Positions 1 through 7,068 of a stretch of 15,108 bases of DNA are shown here, piece by piece (the first letter of the stretch is position 1; each line of letters starts with the position of its first letter). The position numbers and the translations under genes are program-made. The DNA is taken from the NCBI RefSeq assembly GCF_000143415.4, contig NW_003314532.1:1-15108 (forward strand), in the 5' to 3' direction. Under the pieces are notes generated by a model. The model searched no databases and was not told the DNA's origin. It worked only from the letters and a program-made list of their open reading frames with translations. The stretch is from Selaginella moellendorffii. Lineage: Eukaryota > Plantae > Lycopodiophyta.

Positions 1-1070
1 CCCAAATTACCTAAGGTATTCCGGTAGCCAATGCTGCTGAGGTAATAGCAGCAGTGATCATGACTCCCAACTGGCCATCAGTGAGACGAGTGACACAGAC
101 ATCTCAAACTTCATAATTCAGGTGTTGAAGAATATTCATAGCTCTTCTTAGATACTGCCACAGTTTCCTCCCTGCTCTAAAAGACATTTCAAATTCTTTT
201 AAGGCTTGTTAATCTCAACCAGTAGATTTTGGCATATGCTTAGTTCCTAGCATTTGACATTATGAAACTAGCTTATTCATTTAAATATATAAGCACTAGC
301 AAGAGAATCCAGCTCCATTTAAAATATTAATATTAAATATAAAATTTTTAACAGTTTATTTAAAATACTTTTAAAAAATTTGGTGTCCAACATCTACCTT
401 TATTTAATAATATTATTAATAAATCACGAGTCAAGCCAAGTTGTAAGAACATGAAACATTCCTAGATCATATAGTTGTTTTTATAGTTAAAACTTAGAGC
501 GTACAAAATCTAAGAATTTTAAACTTTATATCTAAAAGAATAAGTTCTAATTAGAAAATAATTTATAAAAATAAAATATGACCCATAATTAATAGCAAAG
601 AAATGTTTAACAAAATTAAAGACATTTGACACTCATAGCATACGTTAGATTTATTTATTTATAAGTAAGTTGATACACCACATTATAATCATAATTTGTA
701 ATGGACTTATCAAAGATATATACCAATCACCTCAAATGAAAACAAATAAAAACACACTAAATTTTTTAAAGTGATATGTTAAATATCTTAATATAAAAAT
801 TATAAAACATAAATCAACAACATCTATTGCAATTACTATAAAAAATAAAATTTAGTTTTCTTATAAATATATTTTAACATATTTCTTTTATAGCAAAAAA
901 AAACAATATTAGATAAGAATAATAATATAGAGCAATCTATTGTATTAAGGCAATTATAATTAGTTCTCAGCTGTTAGATCTTAAGCATGTGCCTAGAATA
1001 AGTATTGGCTTTTACATTTAACATATGAGTATATGAGTTTCAGTTTCACTGGATGTTAATTTAAAAATTA

Positions 1071-1184
1071 TAGTTTAATACAATTATAGTTTCTATATTA
1101 TTAATTTTCTGTCTAAGAAAGTTTTGTTAAATTTGATAACATTCTTTGATATGCTATAAGAGACACATGTTAGGATATATTAGA
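1071..1184 (+). repeat. Left arm of a long inverted repeat bounding the Fic island
   Basis: 1114-1151 (taagaaagttttgttaaatttgataacattctttgata) is the exact reverse complement of 5097-5134. Similarity extends outward (tagtttaataca...ttctatattatta vs taataatatagaa...tgtattaaacta) and inward (tatgctataagagacacatgttagg...atattaga vs tctaatat...ccaaacatgtatcccttatagcata), with ~10-bp indels. Confidence 0.9.
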
Positions 1185-1286
1185 GCTCCTTGCCAAGAAA
1201 TCCATGCCCGTCAATCATCGAGTCTATGTCTTTTCTTCAGGGACAAAACAATTGATATAAGCCATCACTACCCCCTTCTCTACGTG

Positions 1287-1519
1287 ATGGAGTACTACGC
1301 AATTGAAAGGAGGGCAATTCCAGTCCGGACGATCGTCACCACCGGGGTTTGTGCCTGTGGTTTCCAAGCAAAAAGGTTGGTGCTGCTTACCATGTGCTAA
1401 GTGCTGGTGCTGGTCACCAACGCTTACGTAGCCCCCAGCCCAACCCAGAGTTTACAGCTTCCGTGGTGGCTCCAAAAGCCCGAGCCAACTTCCAGGTTTC
1501 CAAGATGGCCATGAGATGA
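1287..1519 (+). CDS. Possible small spliced ORF (58 aa, MEYYAIERRAIPVRTIVTTGVCACGFQAKSPQPNPEFTASVVAPKARANFQVSKMAMR); unknown function
   Basis: TATAA-like motif near 1256, ATG at 1287, candidate 56-nt GT..AG intron 1376-1431 that restores frame to TGA 1517-1519. No recognisable homology. Confidence 0.2.
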
Positions 1520-2033
1520 GCATGGGAGGACTTTTCTATCTATGTTGGATGGTCTGATGCGAGAACAGTGGCTTGGAGCGAAGGTCGATCGAACATTAGT
1601 AAGTCGATAAAGGCTAACCTCAAGAGCAGGGAGCCAAGTTTGAGATGTGTCACCTGCGGCCCGTTTAGACTTGGATTTCCGGAGATAGTGGTGAGCAAGG
1701 CAAGGCTGGTAAGCCACTGTCAGACAGGCAGCGAAAAGGCGAGAGCGATTCCATAGACGAGCTCGTCCAGCAAATATTCATGCATGACACGTTAGTCAGG
1801 TAAGCCCCATCTTATAGCAAAGCTGTAAACGAAGGGGATCTGTCCTCACGAAAGCATCCATTGCTAGTTTTCACTGGAGCATGCCATGGATAGTTGTGCT
1901 CAAGGAAAGTTTTTGAGTTGTCTTGGTTCACAGCTTTTTATTGGACAATGCAGAAGTTCTAGCGTAGTCATGTAAAGAAGTAGAAAAGAAAAAAAATACC
2001 AGGACAAACTTTCCCCTGTCTTCCTGTTCGAGA

Positions 2034-2861
2034 TCACTGGAGCTTCGATTTAAGGAACTCTCTCCATGCAGCGTCTGTTCCCTGGAGGCTGCCGAGTAGA
2101 ATCTTTGCCAGCTCGTCTTCGTCATCCTCCTCGAAAGCAGTGATGAACCTGTCCCGGGATCCGTGCTCAGCTGCAGTGAAGAAGGCCGCTGGGAAGGCTG
2201 AAATGCGACGCAGCAGGTGCAGCGCAAGCAGGCGTCCAACACGCCCATTACCATCTTCAAACGGATGGATCTTCTCGAAGTCGATGATGAGCCTTGCGAC
2301 CGTGGAGGCCCATTTGGCGATGCTCAGCTTGCTCTTGCTGTGCTCCGCGATGCTTGCATTGAGACGGTCCAGGAACTTCCGCATCTTGACCTGGATGTCT
2401 CGGGGATGTGCGTAACTCTTTCCAGCAGAGGACATGGCACCATAACTGCGGAATGCCGAGACCGGTGTCAGCTGTAAAGCTTCGTGCAGTTGTAACAGCT
2501 GCAGGGTCGTGATGGGTGAGCTCTCCGGCCAGGACCTGATGACGGCAAGACCTCTCAAGAGCCCTGCGGATCGAGCAGGATCGTCCAAGCCATGGGACGT
2601 AGCAACTTTGATAGCTTGGGTGTCCCAGAAGGCCTCAAACCTGGAGTAGATTGGATAAGTACGTGGAGAGAGCTGCGACATAAGACATACCAGAAGCCTG
2701 CGTGGTTGGACGGTGTAAGCAGTGGTTCTGGCTCCTTCTCCTTGCCAGCTTTTCCCCTTGGTTTCCTCACTGCAATATAAGCAAACACTATACGAGGTTG
2801 AGAGATCGAAATGCATACCAGCACTTCGGACGAGATTCAGAGCCGCGCGCCGCCCATCCAT
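2034..2861 (-). CDS. Fic/DOC-domain protein (putative AMPylase), probably spliced: exons 2861-2819, 2769-2691, 2640-2034 (242 aa)
   Basis: Canonical Fic motif HPFEDGNGRVGR at 2267-2232, preceded by the usual 'LLQLHEAL' helix and 'FR' flap region. Two canonical introns, GTATGC..TTGCAG (2818-2770, 49 nt) and GTATGT..CTCCAG (2690-2641, 50 nt), give an in-frame product MDGRRAALNLVRSAVRKPRGKAGKEKEPEPLLTPSNHAGFWFEAFWDTQ... Confidence 0.88.
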   Translation of the reverse strand: MDGRRAALNLVRSAGMHFDLSTSYSVCLYCSEETKGKSWQGEGARTTAYTVQPRRLLVCLMSQLSPRTYPIYSRFEAFWDTQAIKVATSHGLDDPARSAGLLRGLAVIRSWPESSPITTLQLLQLHEALQLTPVSAFRSYGAMSSAGKSYAHPRDIQVKMRKFLDRLNASIAEHSKSKLSIAKWASTVARLIIDFEKIHPFEDGNGRVGRLLALHLLRRISAFPAAFFTAAEHGSRDRFITAFEEDDEDELAKILLGSLQGTDAAWREFLKSKLQ

Positions 2862-3174
2862 GATACCAGCCGAGAGAAATTCACAAGTCCTGTGACCCTA
2901 GGAAGGTGCATTTCATGGAATCGTTGGAAATATGGCAATATCGATCTCCATACCTACACAGGCCGCGAGTTGCTCTTGGATCCTAGCTCTGCAGCAAGAA
3001 AAGGTAGCTGAGCGCTACACACCCGGGGCGAGAGGAGAAATCGATCGCTGACGCTGAGCCGGCCCGATCCAGCTAACAGGGAGCGATCTAGAGCAAGAAA
3101 CTATGAAATTTCGTTGTGATCGACCGAAGCGCCTACCCTGCGCTGGCGCTGGATCAATCGTTCACCCCGCCAGC

Positions 3175-3198
3175 GCCATCGCCATCGCCATCGCCATC
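3175..3198 (+). repeat. (GCCATC)4 hexamer microsatellite
   Basis: gccatc gccatc gccatc gccatc read directly. Confidence 0.9.
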
Positions 3199-3317
3199 GC
3201 GCTCACGCCGTCGCCTCGCCAAGCCCTGAAGAATGAGCTTGCGCCGACAGCCAATTATCGCGTGCCGCGTGTCAAAGCCCGGGAAATTCAAATGTACCCC
3301 TTTTCAAACCTTGGCTG

Positions 3318-3324
3318 TATAAAA
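3318..3324 (+). promoter_or_regulatory. TATA box upstream of the second Fic gene
   Basis: TATAAAA in GC-rich context, starting 41 bp upstream of ATG 3359 and 107 bp upstream of the better-context ATG at 3425 (agcATGG). Confidence 0.6.
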
Positions 3325-3358
3325 GGGGGCCCTTCTGGGTTGAGGCTAGGGCATATAG

Positions 3359-4279
3359 ATGGGGCGATACGCGGAGAGGCCCTTCTGGAGGTGCGATGGC
3401 GACGGAGCCCCGGCGACGAGCAGCATGGTGGACGCCATTTGTGGGTACGTGAAGAGGTTCCAGGCCCTGGACGGCGATGCCAAAGCATGGGCGCTGGACG
3501 TGTACGGGCAGCGCGACGCTATGGCCGACTTCCTCTTCCAGGTGAACAAGCTGGAGCTGGAAGGCTTTGATACCCGGGACCAAACACTCCACGCCCTGGA
3601 GCAGCTCCACGAAGTGGTGGCTCCAGACGAGAGATTGGAACAAGTCCGCTGCCTGTCCCGAGCATTCAACGCATGGTGGCTCCAGGAGGAGAAGGCCGAG
3701 GAGGCTCCCAGCGTCAACAACTACAAGCTCAGGCAGTCACACGAGCTTCTTATGGAGCCGAGCAGGCCGGAGATCGCAGGCTTGTTTCGTTCCGGCAGCG
3801 AGGTTGCAATGACGATCACGAGCAGCGGAAGGCAGCACTTCTACGCGGATGCCTGGGCAATCCGGCCCAAGTTGTCCAAGTTGGTGAGCAAGACTAACGC
3901 GGATGTGGAGCGGCTCTTTGAGGAGGAGGCGACGACAAGGAGCTGCAAGACGGTGGAGCAGCTCCTGGTGCTGGCCTCGGACTTCTTCTACAAGTTTGAG
4001 TGCATCCATCCGTTTGTGGATGGGAATGGGCGATGCGGGAGGATGATGCTGGCCTACTTGCTTCGCAGCGTGGCTGTGTTCCCCAATGTCTTGTTCGCTG
4101 CTGGCGCTGGCCGCCAGCACGAGTTTGTAGACCGGGATGTCTACCTCAAGTGCTTCGAGAGTGCTCGCGAGGATGACCACGAGCCCAGGGACCTGACTGC
4201 TCTCATCATAGAGGGGGTCTACTTCGGTTGGCAGAGGTTCTTTGTGGCCCTCGAGTCGTGGCAGGGCCTCAAGTTGTAG
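3359..4279 (+). CDS. Fic/DOC-domain protein (putative AMPylase), intronless, 306 aa (or 284 aa from ATG 3425)
   Basis: Canonical motif HPFVDGNGRCGR at 4007-4042; 'LRQSHELLM...AGLFR' pre-flap elements; N-terminal FQVNKLELEG resembling an inhibitory helix; GC-rich third codon positions. Confidence 0.92.
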   Translation: MGRYAERPFWRCDGDGAPATSSMVDAICGYVKRFQALDGDAKAWALDVYGQRDAMADFLFQVNKLELEGFDTRDQTLHALEQLHEVVAPDERLEQVRCLSRAFNAWWLQEEKAEEAPSVNNYKLRQSHELLMEPSRPEIAGLFRSGSEVAMTITSSGRQHFYADAWAIRPKLSKLVSKTNADVERLFEEEATTRSCKTVEQLLVLASDFFYKFECIHPFVDGNGRCGRMMLAYLLRSVAVFPNVLFAAGAGRQHEFVDRDVYLKCFESAREDDHEPRDLTALIIEGVYFGWQRFFVALESWQGLKL

Positions 4280-4447
4280 CGACCTCATACTTACCTCTCG
4301 CCCTCGAGAGGTTGCTCGAGCTCGCTTTCCAGCTCTATTTTTTCCTGGAAAGACCACCTGCCTTCCTCGGCCGCGTGTCAATGAAGAAAGCGAGCGACCC
4401 AAACATACCTTTGGACTGCCTCCAGTACTAGATGCACCGATCCATCG

Positions 4448-4808
4448 TCAAGCTTTCTGCTCGGCCGAACAAAAACTCTATGAGGAAGCATGGCAAAAGC
4501 TCACTACGTGACCAGGAACAAAGGGAGGAAAGCTTTACCTGATCGAAGGAGGTGCTCGTCTTTGCGTGATCATCCCTGGAGCTTTGCATGCCCCAGATTC
4601 CAACGACGATCTCTCCACGACTTTGAGCTAAACGAAACGTCTCGAGGATGCCTGCCGCACAGATCCTAGAAGCTTGACGATCTCTGGAAGGAAAGGAAAA
4701 CAACGACATATCGTCGCGCAATGCAGGCAGATCTTACTCGCGTGATTCCACCAGCGCAACCCTGGCGACATCGAAGAGCTTCACATTCTCGCCTCCAGCG
4801 ATCCTCAT
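4448..4808 (-). CDS. Possible small three-exon gene (81 aa; exons 4808-4738, 4683-4539, 4477-4448) convergent with the second Fic gene; unknown function
   Basis: Strong donors GTAAGA (4737) and GTAAAG (4538) and pyrimidine-rich acceptors (..ttcctttccttccag 4684; ..cttcctcatag 4478) define introns of 54 and 61 nt. Splicing gives an open frame MRIAGGENVKLFDVARVALVESREDRQASRICAAGILETFRLAQSRGEIVVGIWGMQSSRDDHAKTSTSFDQSFCSAEQKA. A TA-rich box lies at ~4931-4946 upstream. Confidence 0.35.
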
Positions 4809-5047
4809 CCACCCCGAACAAGAACAAGAGAGAGAAATTAAACCCCAGAAAGGGACACCCGCAGGAATCGAACGCGTAACGGGACTTGGTGCGCAAAGAA
4901 TATTCGGCTCGTGATCCCCTTGTCATGTTGTATATATAAAACTATATACTACTCACTATATATTTAGAAATGTTAATTGCTTGCAGCTCATTGCAAATGC
5001 TCAGGAGAAAAGGCCAGAGCCTGAGGGACGTCTTAGGAGGGGATTTT

Positions 5048-5167
5048 TCTAATATGATGATGCCAAACATGTATCCCTTATAGCATAGTGTGATGGTATC
5101 AAAGAATGTTATCAAATTTAACAAAACTTTCTTATAATAATATAGAAAATTTAAATGTATTAAACTA
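5048..5167 (-). repeat. Right arm of the long inverted repeat bounding the Fic island
   Basis: 5097-5134 is the perfect reverse complement of 1114-1151, and flanking blocks also match with small indels. Confidence 0.9.
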
Positions 5168-7031
5168 GAAACTAGATAAATCCATCTAACATTATTAGTC
5201 TTAACATTATTAGGAGAAACTGATCAACCAGGGATGGCATAATGATCTTGAGGAAGAATCAATTCCCTCTCCAGCACTGTCCAACTTTTCTGCATACTCC
5301 ATCGAAGCTCACATAGTTTAGTTTGAAATGCAAAATCAATGTCACTCTTAGGTGGAATGCTTTTTTTGGTACATGAGGTAAAATGGATCCATTGCAGCCC
5401 TCAAAGAAATAACACACCAAAGGAAGCTTGCTGCTCTAGAGCAAATGAACATCCTCAAGAAGTTGGAAATGTCCCAGAAAAGGTGGTAGAGCTACAACAT
5501 GTGGATCAATGTGGTACCTACAAAATAGATAGCAATAAAAAGATAAGGACTTTACTGGAAAGAGTGTTTGCTCCAAAACAAAATACCTGTGAAGACCAAA
5601 TTCAACATGTGAATAACATTCCATAATTTCTTATGATTAAGCTATCAATTCCCATGGTTGATAAGAGCCATCCAAGTGATGGCATGAAAATGCTACAACC
5701 TTTGATGGGATACAGCCAATTCGTCCCATGTTGGATTTGCCATCACCAATCGAGGCTGTACACTGTCTGTACAGTGAGCGAGAGGAAGTAAATGTGGAAA
5801 AGGTGTTTGCCACTATCTTTCTCTTCTGGTTTGCTGCAAATATAACCAAAATTTCTCTTCACCAAGTACAAGGTACAATTTGTTAGTATTTTCTTCTCAA
5901 AAAACTTATAAAGCATGCTATTAAAGCTTTCTTGACATGCTCACCATCAAGATGAAGCTCAATTTTCTAATTAAAAACAAATTCGTGGATAAGATAAACA
6001 AGCCAAGGTACAACCCCGTCCAAAGAATTGAACATTGCTCTAATCCTCATGCTTGTTCTTGTTATACATAGAATATATGAAGAAGGCCTTCTTACCAAGG
6101 CAGTGCTTACCTTCATCAACCCGAGCTTTCAAAATCTTCTATTTTCTGGCCAACAGCTTTAAGCAGTGTTTTATTTCGGCTGCCAAAAAGCCATTTGAAA
6201 TGACTTTTTGGCAGAGAAAATGTTAAGCTTTAATACAAATTAGTGTCATTTGAAAAGTCTGTTGCCGGCAGTGGCTGGGCCGACAATTTCCTTAAGCAGC
6301 CTAAAAATTAAAGGAATTCAAAGAACCTGCAAGTTGCTTGAATGAAAACCCTTAATCCATGTATATCAGTAATAGCCCTGAAAACCTGAATATGCATCAA
6401 ATCGCCATCAAATATTTTCTCTTGCAGGGTTAAAGGTTCAAGGGTTATGCTTAATTAAACAGTCATAATTATTCAAAATGCCAAAAAGTAGCTTTGAATA
6501 AAACCCTGGCTTCAAGTAATTCATGAGCAGTCACAGTCCATCAAAAATCATTTTGGTAGAAAGCTTTTTGATTTTACCTGAGTGGTGCTTTCCACACCAC
6601 GGCTTGAATCTCACCACAGATTGCTGCAGTAGCATATGTTTGCAACGGCCGGGAAGCTGAAGGATTTTGAGGGGATTCTGGGCAAGAGGAGTGAGGGTGT
6701 GTGAGGGAGTTTGCACGGAAATTGGGAGATCCTTCACAGCATGAGCAGTGACCAAAGTAGCAACAGTGGTCTCTTGCTTTAATCCAGTGCCAACACTTGC
6801 AAGACTTCCTCCGACTGAAAAACAAGGAAATGTTTTAAGTTCATGTGAAACTTGCGAGAGCCTTAACTTGGATGTCAAAGACTTCACCAAGCTTCCAAAG
6901 CTCCAATCACTGCAGACAATGGAAGGACACAGCCATTAAGCTGTATAAATCCCTGATAATATGAGCAACTGACACTCCATCAGCATAGAGAAAGGAAAAT
7001 AGGGAGTGCTGTAAGAATAGAAGATATCGAG

Positions 7032-7068
7032 GTGTGTGTGTGTGTGTGTGAAAGAGAGAGAGAGAGAG
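7032..7068 (+). repeat. Compound microsatellite (GT)9-(AG)8
   Basis: gtgtgt... at 7032-7050 followed by aa and agagag... at 7053-7068. Confidence 0.95.

Larger units (their letters stand above)
2862..3358. promoter_or_regulatory. CpG-rich divergent (bidirectional) intergenic/promoter region between the two Fic genes
   Basis: 497 bp between head-to-head ATGs. It contains a TATA box on + and a candidate 56-nt 5'UTR intron on - (GTATGG..TCCTAG, 2953-2898). Confidence 0.55.
1071..5167. mobile_element. Putative non-autonomous TIR-bounded (Pack-MULE-like) cassette carrying two Fic genes
   Basis: Long AT-rich inverted repeats enclose a GC-rich, gene-bearing interior. No transposase and no clear target-site duplication are seen, so mobility is inferred. 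Confidence 0.4.

Noticed and set aside
2034-4279. Bacterial contamination as the source of the Fic pair
   Set aside because: Host-sized GT-AG introns in one gene, a TATA box, and continuity with AT-rich flanks through matching repeats argue against it, although read-level confirmation is still needed.
3737-4402. 221-aa minus-strand ORF and other ORFs overlapping the Fic genes (2140-2477, 3103-3570, 3272-3897)
   Set aside because: Antisense or alternative-frame shadows of GC-rich coding sequence; no recognisable motifs.
4454-4475. Imperfect palindrome centred on tcggccga
   Set aside because: Short, with two mismatches; chance occurrence is likely.
1061-5177. Target-site duplication flanking the inverted repeats
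   Set aside because: Left flank (ttaaaaatta) and right flank (gaaactagat) do not match at the termini I can define.
6574-6825. Cys/His-rich 83-aa ORF resembling a zinc finger
   Set aside because: Spacing matches no zinc-finger family I recognise, and it overlaps other equally plausible frames in a degenerate region.
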